Shown here piece by piece: positions 38,279-48,600 of a DNA stretch of 64,000 bases. Each line of letters opens with the position of its first letter. Position 1 is the stretch's first letter. Made by a program: the position numbers and the translations under genes. Source of the stretch: a virus (Duplodnaviria > Caudoviricetes); the IMG/VR virus record IMGVR_UViG_3300032243_001028, positions 32,001 to 96,000 of that record. One strand, written 5' to 3'. Below the pieces are notes generated by a model. That model ran no database searches. It had not been told where the DNA came from and was given only the letters and a program-made list of their open reading frames with translations.

Positions 38279-38332
38279 ATGAAGGCGGCGTGCCTTGGTG
38301 TGCGAGACATGCCAGCACGCCGCTTGATTCAT
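38279..38332 (+). terminator. Long GC-rich hairpin after the tail tube gene
   Basis: AGGCGGCGTGC...GCACGCCGCTT outer stem, TGGTGTG/CATGCCA inner stem; no U-tract. Confidence 0.6.
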
Positions 38333-38348
38333 ATCTAGGAGAAAAACT

Positions 38349-39461
38349 ATGGGAACTTCATTATGGGTTCAGCCAGAAGAGCTTGGATCGTATGCAAATA
38401 CTGAATATGCTCAGGAGGCTTGCCAAACTGCATCATACTTAATGTGGACTATGTCTGGCCGTAAGTTTACTGGTGAAACAACCGTAACTGAGCGTTACGT
38501 TTGTGCTAAACGAGCTTATCGCCTTGGCCCATCTTCTAGAAACTATTATGGAACTTTAATTACTGGTCAGCTTTACAATATCCCTGTAGCTGACTTTAAT
38601 GAATATACAGAACTTGTATCCGACGGTCTTTCTCCCGAATCAAGAATAAAACTACGCGGACGTCCTGTAACCAAAATCCACACCGTTAGAAATATGAATG
38701 GCGAGATTATTAGTCCAGATCTTTACTACCTTGTAGATCACTCTACAATTCAAGCAGCCGCTGGTATTCCGTGGACTCCATGTAACGTTGAAGTAACCTA
38801 CACCTATGGCTCACCAATTCCTATGGCCGGTAAAATGGCTGCTCGCACTCTAGCTATGGAATTTGCTAAACTTTGGGCTGGAGACGATGACTGTATGCTT
38901 CCACAGCGTATTACATCTATTTCTCGTCAAGGTGTTTCTTACACACTTCTAGATTCTCAAGACTTTATTGACGATCTACGTACCGGTGTGTACGTCATTG
39001 ACTTGTTTCTAAAGTCTGTTAACCCAGATAAGGCCCGCGCTCGTGCTCGTGTATTTAGCCCTGATGCTCCAAGAGCCAGACGTTACACTCCAAAAGCAGT
39101 TGTCCTAACTGCAAACACTAACTTTGATATTGCTGTAGTTCAAAATACTCCAGCTACTTGGACATCTGTTGGAAAAACTGGAGCAGATGTATCGGTGTTT
39201 TTTACTGATACAGGTTGGACTCCAGTAGTCACTATACGTAGCGGTGGATCTACCAAAAGTTTAGATATTGCATCTAGCAATATAGTTGTAAATAATACAA
39301 ACAGTTCTGTATCTTTTACAGTTACATACAATGATGCAAGATCGGTACTGGGTTTTATTGACCCAGGTACATGGACTCTGTACGCAACTAAGACCGTAGC
39401 CGGTATTACGACCGTATCTGAGCTTGAAACTGGAAACCTCCAGATCAAGTTAAATAGCTAA
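38349..39461 (+). CDS. Head-to-tail adaptor protein with C-terminal extension
   Basis: AS.LMW..SGRKF.G, VTYTYG.P.P, LA.EFAK, C.LP.R.TS.SRQGVS, TG...IDL....NP; position in neck cluster. Confidence 0.75.
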   Translation: MGTSLWVQPEELGSYANTEYAQEACQTASYLMWTMSGRKFTGETTVTERYVCAKRAYRLGPSSRNYYGTLITGQLYNIPVADFNEYTELVSDGLSPESRIKLRGRPVTKIHTVRNMNGEIISPDLYYLVDHSTIQAAAGIPWTPCNVEVTYTYGSPIPMAGKMAARTLAMEFAKLWAGDDDCMLPQRITSISRQGVSYTLLDSQDFIDDLRTGVYVIDLFLKSVNPDKARARARVFSPDAPRARRYTPKAVVLTANTNFDIAVVQNTPATWTSVGKTGADVSVFFTDTGWTPVVTIRSGGSTKSLDIASSNIVVNNTNSSVSFTVTYNDARSVLGFIDPGTWTLYATKTVAGITTVSELETGNLQIKLNS

Positions 39462-39475
39462 GAAAGAAGGTAAGA

Positions 39476-39682
39476 ATGTCAGCTCAGACTAACTTTACCG
39501 CTGCCGATATGATCGGTGGCATTTCAGCCGTAGCGCCTGTTGCCGAAGTGGTAGCAGAGCCTAAGGTTGCTGCAAAACCAGTTGCAAAGAAGGTAGAAGC
39601 TAAGGTTGAAGAAGTTCAGCCTGAAGTTGTTGTCGAACCTGTAGCTGAAGTTGTTGCAGAAGAAGTTCCAGAGGTTAAGTAA
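39476..39682 (+). CDS. Small low-complexity (A/E/V/P/K) protein
   Basis: GAAGG RBS; fills gap in operon. Confidence 0.7.
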   Translation: MSAQTNFTAADMIGGISAVAPVAEVVAEPKVAAKPVAKKVEAKVEEVQPEVVVEPVAEVVAEEVPEVK

Positions 39683-39684
39683 TT

Positions 39685-40188
39685 ATGTCTGTGGCAGGGA
39701 ATATTGGTGACTTTTCTGAGGATGCTTTAAACCTTAAAGATATGATGGACGGAATACTTGAAAAAGTAGAAACCGTTTTTCAGTCATACAATGTTCCTCT
39801 GCCTCAGCGTAGGTATTGGACAATGGGTACCCCAGCTATCGATTGTGATCAAGTTGTAGTTTCCTTCAGTCAAATGTATTTAGGAACTCCAGGGGATCAG
39901 GTAAATATGCCTCAACGATGCAACGTTCCTCGCACAGCTATTGTCAATATCAGTATTGCTCGTGAGGTCCCCACCGTTGGAATGAATGGACGCCCGCCTA
40001 CAGGAGAAAAGATTCAGCAAGGGGCTGCTTTATCGGCAGTGGATGCTTGGGTACTTATGGCTTCTATGAAATCTTTTGACATGTGGGACGGAATATTTGG
40101 TCTAGGAGTTATGGCTACTATTGAAGCTGCAGACATGGAGGGTGGCTTTCAAGTTGTAACTATGGAGTTAACTTTGGCGGTTCCATAA
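39685..40188 (+). CDS. Putative neck/tail terminator protein
   Basis: GAGG RBS, position between adaptor and tail chaperones; PA.DC.Q..V, ..GG...ELT pattern. Confidence 0.55.
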   Translation: MSVAGNIGDFSEDALNLKDMMDGILEKVETVFQSYNVPLPQRRYWTMGTPAIDCDQVVVSFSQMYLGTPGDQVNMPQRCNVPRTAIVNISIAREVPTVGMNGRPPTGEKIQQGAALSAVDAWVLMASMKSFDMWDGIFGLGVMATIEAADMEGGFQVVTMELTLAVP

Positions 40189-40586
40189 TGGCTGCAAAAA
40201 TAAAAATTACTTTATACCACGAAAAAATACAAAATCTTTTAAATTCTCCTAGGGGAGATGTTGGCAGAGAACTTTCAAGAAGGGCTAAAAAAGTTCAAGT
40301 TGCAGCTAAAAGGCAGGTGGGAGTTAGGACCGGAAGACTTAGAAACTCTATAAGAGTTTACGGCCATAGCAGAACTGCCAACGGTCAACACATGTATATA
40401 GGATCGTCTGTTCCTTATGCTCTTATGCACCATGAGGGTACTAGAAAACATACTATTACTCCAAAAAGAAAATCTTACTTGAAATTCAGGCAAGGTGCGG
40501 TCTTTATTTATAGAAAGAAAGTCAATCATCCTGGTACCAAAGCAAATAGGTATTTAACAGATAATTTATACTTATTCTATAGCTAA
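40188..40586 (+). CDS. HK97 gp10-like neck/tail completion protein
   Basis: Basic protein with VRTGRLRNSI, YA..HHEGT, V.HPGT..N.YL. Confidence 0.75.
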   Translation: MAAKIKITLYHEKIQNLLNSPRGDVGRELSRRAKKVQVAAKRQVGVRTGRLRNSIRVYGHSRTANGQHMYIGSSVPYALMHHEGTRKHTITPKRKSYLKFRQGAVFIYRKKVNHPGTKANRYLTDNLYLFYS

Positions 40587-40631
40587 ATAGCTATAAATAC
40601 GCAAGTATTCAATACAAATTAAGGATAACAA

Positions 40632-40970
40632 ATGACTCGATTTAAAGACTTTGGTACTGGTGATCAGGACCCAAATGCTGAGCCAATCTCATTTAAACTA
40701 CACGGCCAAGAATTTCAATGCGTAAAGCAGATTCAAGGTAAAACCATGCTGGAGCTTATTTCGGCTAGCTCGTCTGATGACGCTACTCGAAATGCAGATG
40801 CAGTTACTCTATTTTTCGCTAAAGTTCTTTTGAAGGACAGCTACGAAAAGTTTGTAGCTCTACAAGAAGATCCAGAAAAAATTGTTTCAGTTGAAACTCT
40901 ATCCGAGATCACTTCGTGGCTCATCGAGGAGTATTCAAGCCGCCCTACAGAGCGGCCATCAGTCTCCTAA
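40632..40970 (+). CDS. Tail assembly chaperone (G-like)
   Basis: AAGGA RBS; ~110 aa, two genes before tape measure; overlaps next ORF in the -1 frame. Confidence 0.75.
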   Translation: MTRFKDFGTGDQDPNAEPISFKLHGQEFQCVKQIQGKTMLELISASSSDDATRNADAVTLFFAKVLLKDSYEKFVALQEDPEKIVSVETLSEITSWLIEEYSSRPTERPSVS

Positions 40971-41374
40971 GTTGGGGGATTGATCTCTGGCCGTACGTCA
41001 ACGGAAAGGCATTAGTGAGCGGTCTACAACTTGCAAGTATGGAAGCATGTGACATGCTTGACGTCCTTCACTATTTCCTCGAAGAAGACTTCAGATACTC
41101 TGGCGAATATGAGCCAATTTACAAGGATAACTTTAGAAAGAATATTTATGATTCTTTGTATGGATCTGAGTATAAGTATCTAAGTCAAGATGAAATTAGT
41201 CCTGATTTCGATGACATAAGTACATTAGGAGCTCCAGAAGAACCTCTAGAGCCCGAAGAGATTATTGAGCCTTTCAATCCAAGACAGGCCTCAGTAAAAC
41301 CATATATTGAACCTACCCCGGTTTTTGATGGAATGCTACCTTTCGGTGGAATTCTAGATCAACCGATGGGTTAA
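40916..41374 (+). CDS. Tail assembly chaperone second ORF (T-like), probably reached by -1 frameshift
   Basis: Overlaps the previous gene in the -1 frame; GTG lacks an obvious RBS; directly precedes tape measure. Confidence 0.65.
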   Translation: MAHRGVFKPPYRAAISLLSWGIDLWPYVNGKALVSGLQLASMEACDMLDVLHYFLEEDFRYSGEYEPIYKDNFRKNIYDSLYGSEYKYLSQDEISPDFDDISTLGAPEEPLEPEEIIEPFNPRQASVKPYIEPTPVFDGMLPFGGILDQPMG

Positions 41375-41400
41375 TTGTAAGAAGGAGGTGAGTCATACCC

Positions 41401-44400
41401 ATGGCTGGTATAAATGAAGTTGGTAAAGCCAATGTTGTTGTAGGAGCTGATACTAAAAAAGCTGAAATCGATATTGAGAGATTTAGAAAAAGGCTAGAGC
41501 AAACTGGTCGTGGTTATGACAAACTTTTTAAAGAAGACATAACTAGAAAATTTTCTGAAAACTTTAGAAAAGGTTTTGAACAAGGAGTTCTTCGTGGAGT
41601 TCAAAAAGGTGAGAATCAGTTTTATCAACTTAACCGAGCCATAAACGTTGCTGCCACCTCTCTGCAAAAAATTAAAGGTCCTGCTGAAATGGCAGCAGAT
41701 CGTTTTATGAAATTGCAGCGCACCGGGCTTAAAATGCAAGCAGCTTTTGGAACTATAGCCGGAACCATTGGAGATCTAGCTGGAGGAATTTTAGGTCTTG
41801 TAGGAGTTCTTGGGGCAGCGGCTCCTGCAGCTGTAGCACTCGGTGGAGCTATGGCATCAGTTGGGGTTGGATTTGTTGGCGTAAAAGTTGCTATGTCAGG
41901 TGTGTCAAACGCTATTGGTGCAGTTTGGCAATCTCAAACTGCTTTAAATGATACATTTAGAGCTGCTACTCAAGAATATATTGGATTAAAGTTTGCTGCT
42001 GAGGAAGCCGCTCTATCCCAAGAAGATGCTGCACTTAAACTTGAAGTTGCTCGTGAAGCACTGGCACGCGTTCAAGATCTTCCACCGGATAACCGACTAC
42101 GTCGTCAGACAGAACTTGCTTTTAAAAATGCAGAATTAAATCTTCGTGAAACTAAGCACAAAAGTGAAGAAGCTTTTCGAGCCGTTAAAAAGGGTATTAC
42201 TGCTACAAGTGCGTATCAACCCTTGGCCGCTCTATCTGATGTACAACTACAGTTTGTAAAGTTTGTAGTTGCGCTTAGACCTCAAATGCAGACACTTAAA
42301 AAAGAAGTTGCTGCAGGGTTTATACCTAAACTTACAGAGTCAATAAATACTATTATGAAGCATGGCTTTCCTATATTTAAAACTGGACTAAAACAAGTTG
42401 CATCTGCAATGGGGGATGCTACTAAGACTTTTGCAAGTGCATTTAAAAATCCTCAAAATCTACAGCAACTAGCTGGTTTCTTTAAAAGCTCTACTGGAAT
42501 TATTCATAGTTTTGGAAGTGCTACTAAATCTTCATTTGGTATTTTAATAACTCTTCTTCATGCTGCTGAACCTATTACAAAACGTTTTGCTGATTGGGTA
42601 GATAAATATCTTGCAGGTCTTGATAAAAAAGTTAAAGTAGGTAGTTTTACCGGTAGCCTTCAGAGAATGTTTGCTCTTGCTGGAGACGTATCTGCACGTC
42701 TTGGAAAAGCATTTAGCACGGTATTTGATGGAATAAAAAATATTATTAAAGCAACTTTTCCTAGCGGTCCCAAGAGTGGTGCTGGTGGAGTTTTACTTGA
42801 TTTTATTGATAAGGTAACACAGGGGTTTGAAAAATTTACTGGAAGTAAATCATTTGCTTCGTGGCTTGAAAATTCTACTAAAGGTGCTGTAGCTGCTTTA
42901 ACTACTATTGGTAAATTTCTTGGTATTTTTGTTGATCTAGCTGGAAGTAAAGATACAAAAGCATTTTGGGACACTATACAACAAGCAATTCCTTACGTAA
43001 AAACTATACTTGAAAACGGTCAAGCAGTAGGTGTGCAAATTGCAGGTATTTTAGTTGACGTGGCTAAGATTTTAGCTGCTTTTGCAGATCAAGGTACGCT
43101 TGTTACATTCTTCAACTCTCTTAGAGTAATTTTTGATGCATTTGCTAATTTTGTAAATTCACCTATTGTAAAAACAATATTAGGATTCCTTGGAGCTTTG
43201 CATGGACCTATGCTTGCTCTTGGTGCAGTTTTTATATTAGGTAAAAAAGCTCTTGAAATATTTCTAGGTTATTTAGCTAAAGCTGCTAATATAATGGGGA
43301 CTACCACTATGAAGGCTAGGGCTGCCCAGCAAGCTCATCAAGCATTTGGTAGAGAAATGAAACTTGCTGGACTAGCAGGAGAGACATTCTGGCAAAAACT
43401 TAGAAGAGCTTCTGCAACAGCTAATAATCAAAAGCTTTTGGCAATGGGTAGAGAAGCTGGTTTTGCTAAAGATCGTCTAGCTCAACTAGAACTTCAAATG
43501 ATTTCTAACTCTAGAACTGCAACCCTATTTGATGAAACCACCCAAAAAAGCACTAACCTAATGGAGATGGATGCTAATCAAGCATTAGAGTTGGCTTTAA
43601 GAATTGAACAACTTGCAAAAGCTCAGGGCATGGATTCCGTTGCATTAAATAAATTAAATACGCAAATGTTAGAAAATATTACACTTGCTGGACAAGAAAA
43701 TATAACCAATCAAGGACTACTTAGGGGTACCGAGCTTGCAAATGGTGCGTATAAAGCTCCATTTGTAAACGCCAATGAAGCTGCTTACTATGGTCAACCT
43801 GGTACTAAAGGAGGTAATCCTAATTTAGTTCTTACCGGGGGTAGAGCCGGTTTTAAAGCCGTGGGAGCCGGTATAAAAGGTATGTTCGGTGGCATGGGTG
43901 GTGGAGGTGTTGCTGGTGGCTTAGGTATGGGAGCCATGGCAGTGAGCGGTTTAGTTGGCATGGGTACTGGTACCATGGGTCCAATTGGTATGGCTACTCA
44001 GGCTATTGGTGGAATTGCTTCCATGTTTGGGCCTGGCGGTATGGTTGTTGGTGGTCTGCTATCTGTTGGTGGAACTATTGTTGATGGAATTATAGCTGCG
44101 GAAAATGAACGTCAAAAAGGTATTAAAGAATTTAGAATTGCCGTTGCAAATATGTCGGTTGAAAGCTTAAATCAAGTTCAAGGATTTGCTGAAAAAGCTG
44201 TAGCTGCTGGATATGTAGGAACTAAAGCAGAGGGATCTGCTCTAGCTTCAAAATATGATGCAACTGCAAGTAGGGTTATTCCAAGCACTACCCACGAAAT
44301 TAGAGCAACGTATAGTAAAGATGCAACTAAGCAAGCTGCAGCTATGGACGAGGCATTGGCAGCATTTGCTTTATCTAATAAAAGAGCTTTTCAACTATCT

Positions 44401-45627
44401 CAAAGAAATGTAAATCAAGAAAACATTTTAAATTCAGTTGGAAGTATTGCGCAACATAGTACTTTAAGTACTACTGACATTGCAGGAGCTTTAGGGTCTC
44501 TATCCAGCATAACCGAAGATACTAAGGACGGTGTTCTACAAGGATTAGTTGGTGCTGGACTAGTTGGTAAAGGTAATCTTACAGATCTTAAAAAAGATCT
44601 TGGATATACTGATAAAGGTGTATTGACTAATGAATCATTTAATAAACTTTTAACAGATATAAAAAATATTAACAAATCTACGCCTACTACGCCTGGAGTA
44701 ACTCCTCCCCCTGGCAGTCTCCCTACTGCAGTTGCTCCAAATAAATTTATACCTTTAGGGTCAGTTCAACCTAATCCAAATATTTATGATTATAAAACTA
44801 TATATGGAACAAATGGGTATACTGCGGCTCAGTCTCAAGCGGCTAGAAACTTTAAATTAGCTCCAGCTACTTCAGGACTATTGCCTGACGCCATTGGAGA
44901 TTTGTCTACTCAAAGCTTCTTTAAACTAGATGCTAATAAAAATGTTACTGGTTTTAAGAGTCAAGAAGGACAGAATCAAGTTACAAATGCTATTTCTGAC
45001 TTATCTTATGCTCTTTCTGGAATAAGAGGCAGTATAACTAATGAATCAAGGGGTTATTATAAGTATGCTGGAAATATTTATAGTCCGTCTGAATTAGAAA
45101 AATTAAAAACAAAAAATCCAACAAGATACAACGCTATAAAAAAAGATCCTGATGCATTTCAACAAGAGCAGGGGTATAACGTATCCGGTAAGTTTTTCTC
45201 AACAGAATTATTTAATAGTGCTTTAAAGTCAATTAAAGTTAAAATCAATGGAAAAGATCTAAATGCTTATGATGCATTAGCTGGAACTACTACCCTAGCT
45301 AATATCGGTAAAATTGGAGAATTGACTAGCACCGGGAAAACTGGAAATCCTATCCTTGACGCGGCAAATAAAACGGATTCAGAGCAATTAAAAACTTTTA
45401 CAACAGCTAGTGATACGATGAAGACTAGTGCTGAAAGTTGGGGTAAGGCTGCTGCCAAATTTGAAGGCTATGGAGATCTTATTAAAGGTGAGACAAATAA
45501 AGCAATAGCGTTTGCTGTAGTTGCTGCTTCCACTGAAGGAAAGAAAGCAATAGCTGCTGGCGATACTGGAGCAATAAATAATCTAATACTGACTGAAATT
45601 AAAAAACTAAGGCTGAGTACTAAATAA
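41401..45627 (+). CDS. Tape measure protein
   Basis: AAGGAGGTGA RBS; 1408 aa, helical, Ala/Gly-rich with hydrophobic segments; position after chaperones. Confidence 0.9.
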   Translation: MAGINEVGKANVVVGADTKKAEIDIERFRKRLEQTGRGYDKLFKEDITRKFSENFRKGFEQGVLRGVQKGENQFYQLNRAINVAATSLQKIKGPAEMAADRFMKLQRTGLKMQAAFGTIAGTIGDLAGGILGLVGVLGAAAPAAVALGGAMASVGVGFVGVKVAMSGVSNAIGAVWQSQTALNDTFRAATQEYIGLKFAAEEAALSQEDAALKLEVAREALARVQDLPPDNRLRRQTELAFKNAELNLRETKHKSEEAFRAVKKGITATSAYQPLAALSDVQLQFVKFVVALRPQMQTLKKEVAAGFIPKLTESINTIMKHGFPIFKTGLKQVASAMGDATKTFASAFKNPQNLQQLAGFFKSSTGIIHSFGSATKSSFGILITLLHAAEPITKRFADWVDKYLAGLDKKVKVGSFTGSLQRMFALAGDVSARLGKAFSTVFDGIKNIIKATFPSGPKSGAGGVLLDFIDKVTQGFEKFTGSKSFASWLENSTKGAVAALTTIGKFLGIFVDLAGSKDTKAFWDTIQQAIPYVKTILENGQAVGVQIAGILVDVAKILAAFADQGTLVTFFNSLRVIFDAFANFVNSPIVKTILGFLGALHGPMLALGAVFILGKKALEIFLGYLAKAANIMGTTTMKARAAQQAHQAFGREMKLAGLAGETFWQKLRRASATANNQKLLAMGREAGFAKDRLAQLELQMISNSRTATLFDETTQKSTNLMEMDANQALELALRIEQLAKAQGMDSVALNKLNTQMLENITLAGQENITNQGLLRGTELANGAYKAPFVNANEAAYYGQPGTKGGNPNLVLTGGRAGFKAVGAGIKGMFGGMGGGGVAGGLGMGAMAVSGLVGMGTGTMGPIGMATQAIGGIASMFGPGGMVVGGLLSVGGTIVDGIIAAENERQKGIKEFRIAVANMSVESLNQVQGFAEKAVAAGYVGTKAEGSALASKYDATASRVIPSTTHEIRATYSKDATKQAAAMDEALAAFALSNKRAFQLSQRNVNQENILNSVGSIAQHSTLSTTDIAGALGSLSSITEDTKDGVLQGLVGAGLVGKGNLTDLKKDLGYTDKGVLTNESFNKLLTDIKNINKSTPTTPGVTPPPGSLPTAVAPNKFIPLGSVQPNPNIYDYKTIYGTNGYTAAQSQAARNFKLAPATSGLLPDAIGDLSTQSFFKLDANKNVTGFKSQEGQNQVTNAISDLSYALSGIRGSITNESRGYYKYAGNIYSPSELEKLKTKNPTRYNAIKKDPDAFQQEQGYNVSGKFFSTELFNSALKSIKVKINGKDLNAYDALAGTTTLANIGKIGELTSTGKTGNPILDAANKTDSEQLKTFTTASDTMKTSAESWGKAAAKFEGYGDLIKGETNKAIAFAVVAASTEGKKAIAAGDTGAINNLILTEIKKLRLSTK

Positions 45628-45689
45628 TGACACGTACAAACTTAATTCCTAAGGAGATCGCGAATGAATCGCGTAAATCTTGTAACTAA
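45627..45689 (+). pseudogene. Possible gene relic / mini-ORF MTRTNLIP... (20 aa)
   Basis: ATG overlaps the tape-measure stop (TAATG); first codons match the RTNL head motif of the next gene but are out of frame with it. Confidence 0.35.
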
Positions 45690-48600
45690 TCCGTCATTTA
45701 AGACGGACACCTCAGGCTGGACTACTGTCGGCACTGGAACATCATTTGTTCGTTCTACTACCGATGGATTTTACGGTAGCACATGCTTAGAAGTAACTAA
45801 GCCTGCTTTAAATTCAACTGGCGTGTCATGGACATCAGCTGCTACTCCTAACCTAGTTAGCAACTCAAGTTTTGAATCAGCTCCTAGCGATACTGTGAGT
45901 AGGACTAACTTACTAACAAACCCAAGTTTTGAAGCAGAAGCTAGTACGGTTGTTACTGCCAGAACTAACTTAGTGACTAATCCTGGTTTTGAAACATCAT
46001 CTAGCACAGCTACTATTCGTACTAATAGAATTCTTAATCCAAGATTTGAAGCAGCTCCTACTGTAACTACTAGCCGAATTAATTTACTTATAAATTCAAG
46101 TTTTGAAGCAACAACTGTTGAAACAACTGCTAGAACTAACTTATGTACAAACCCGAGTTTTGAGCACGCTACTACTCCCATTTCTGGATGGGCTGCTGTA
46201 AATGGTGCTAGTAGGGCAGCTTCAACTGCACAAAAAAACATTGGTGCTCAAAGTTTGCTTGTAACTTATGGTGCTGCAGCTGGAGCAACGTACACTGGAG
46301 TAGGTTATGCATTAACCCTTGCAGCATCTACTACATATACTTTTTCTGCATACGTATATACTCCAAGTGGATCTGTTTTTCCTCAGCTTAGCGTTCAATC
46401 ATCAGTGACTCCCGCATTTACAGCTGTTATTTCTTCAAATGCAACGTCAACAGGTGCTTGGCAGAGACTTTCAGTTACATTTACCACAACTGCTGCCGGT
46501 TCTTATACGTGTTATGTACTAAACAGTGCTGCAGTTACTGGAACAAAAACTTTCTATCTAGACAATGTTTTAATAGAACAGACAAGTATTCTTAAACCAT
46601 ATTTTGATGGTGCTACATCAGGAACTGGAACTGAATTTACTTACAACTGGACAAGTACTGCTCATCTAAGCACCAGTGAGCAAAAATATTTTAAAAATCC
46701 TACTTGGGGCTATATTAGGGCGTTATCTGGAATTGCCTCAACTGCACAATGCCTGTATGGAACTAAATCAGCTTTGCTTACTGCTGACGGCTCTCCTGGA
46801 GCTTTTGGTATGTATAACTCTGGTATCGGGAGTGCTCGTACTGCGGTCACTGCTGGATCAACTTACACTTCTTCTATCTATGTTCGTGATATAAATACTG
46901 CAGTTTCTTATTATGCGGCTATTGAATGGTATAACAGCAGTGGTGGTAGCGCTGGTGCTACTTCAACTGGAACAGTGACAGCAGTTAATTCTTCAGGCTG
47001 GACCCGCATAAGTGTTTCAGCAGCTGCACCTACCGAAGCTGTTACGGCAGTACCTACTTTCTACTCAAATACTGCCCCAGCAAGCGGTACACAGGTATAT
47101 TTTGATGGTGCTCTTTTTGATTTTTCTGCTGAAGTTAGGCCATATTTTGACGGAGATACCGCCGCTGCTAATGAATTTACCTACTCCTGGTCTGGCACTG
47201 CTCATGCAAGTACTAGCCTTCAAAAGTTTAATGCTGCACCTAGCTACTCATTCGATTCATTAAAAGGCGTTGTTGCTAGAAGCTCTGCAACATCTCCTTT
47301 TGTAGGTACTTATAGCGGTTTAGTAACAAGCCTCAGCAGCTTTGGTACTCTTGGTACTTATTCTTCAAACTCAACTGTTACTGCTGGAACTACTTATGTT
47401 GGTTCTATTTATGTTAAAGATTTGAGCCTTGGTAGAACTATCCAAGTAAACATAGATTGGCGTGGCAGTGGGGGCTATATAAGTAGTAGTAGTGGTACTG
47501 CAACAGCTATTTCTACCGGTTCATGGACAAGAATTAGCGTTACTGGAGTTGCTCCATCGGGAGCAACAGGTGCTTCACTTGTATTAGCTGTTCCTTCAAC
47601 CGCCCCATATGGTTCACAATTTTACATAGATGCTGCCTTACTTGAAGCAGGCTCTTACGTCAATACTTACTTTGATGGATCAACTACTGCTACAGGTGAT
47701 TTTACTCACGCTTGGACTGGAACTGCTGACGCTTCATCTAGTAATCAAGTTGCAAATATGGTTGATGGTTGGAGCAATGTATATAATCCAGAAGGGTTGT
47801 CATACGGATTTTATCGAACTAATGCAGATAAACAAAATGGCTCTTACTCAATGGCTTTGGCTATGTATCAAGGAACAGGTGCTAATCCAATTAATCTTGG
47901 TACACCAATCCTTAGTGCAATTACGGCTAGCAAGACCTATACATCTTCCATTTATGTCTACACTAATCGAACACAAAACATTAACTTTGTGTTTACAGTT
48001 ACTACTGCTGCTGGTTCTACTTACCCAGGTGTAGTGACTTCTGTACCGGGTGGAACTTGGACTAGAATAAATTATACGTACACTATGCCTTCCAATTTGG
48101 TTAGTTCTACTGTACAAATTCAACCAAGTGCTCCAAAAAGCGGTGACTATTTCTACTTTGATCAATTTTTGTTAGAAGAATCTAGTATTTTAAAATCTTA
48201 TTTTGATGGCAGTACAGCAGCAGCAGGTGAATTTACTTATTCCTGGTCCGGCACTGCTAATGCTTCAACTAGCATCCAACAATATTCTATTAGCTCTACT
48301 TGGGGATCTATTGGATCATTATCTGCTATCACCTCAACTGCACAGTATTTATATGGGGCTAAATCTACACTAGCTACTGCCGATGGTTCTGGAACTTTTG
48401 GTATCTATAACTCGGGTGTGTCTTCTGCTCGTACTGCAGTCACTGCTGGTAAATCCTACACTTCTTCTATTTATGTTAAAGACATCGATACTGGAGTTTC
48501 ATACTATGCAGGTATTGAATGGAAAGATAGCGGTGGTAGTAGCGCGGGCGCTACTTCAACCGGAACAGTCACGGCAGTTAATTCTTCAGGCTGGACCCGC

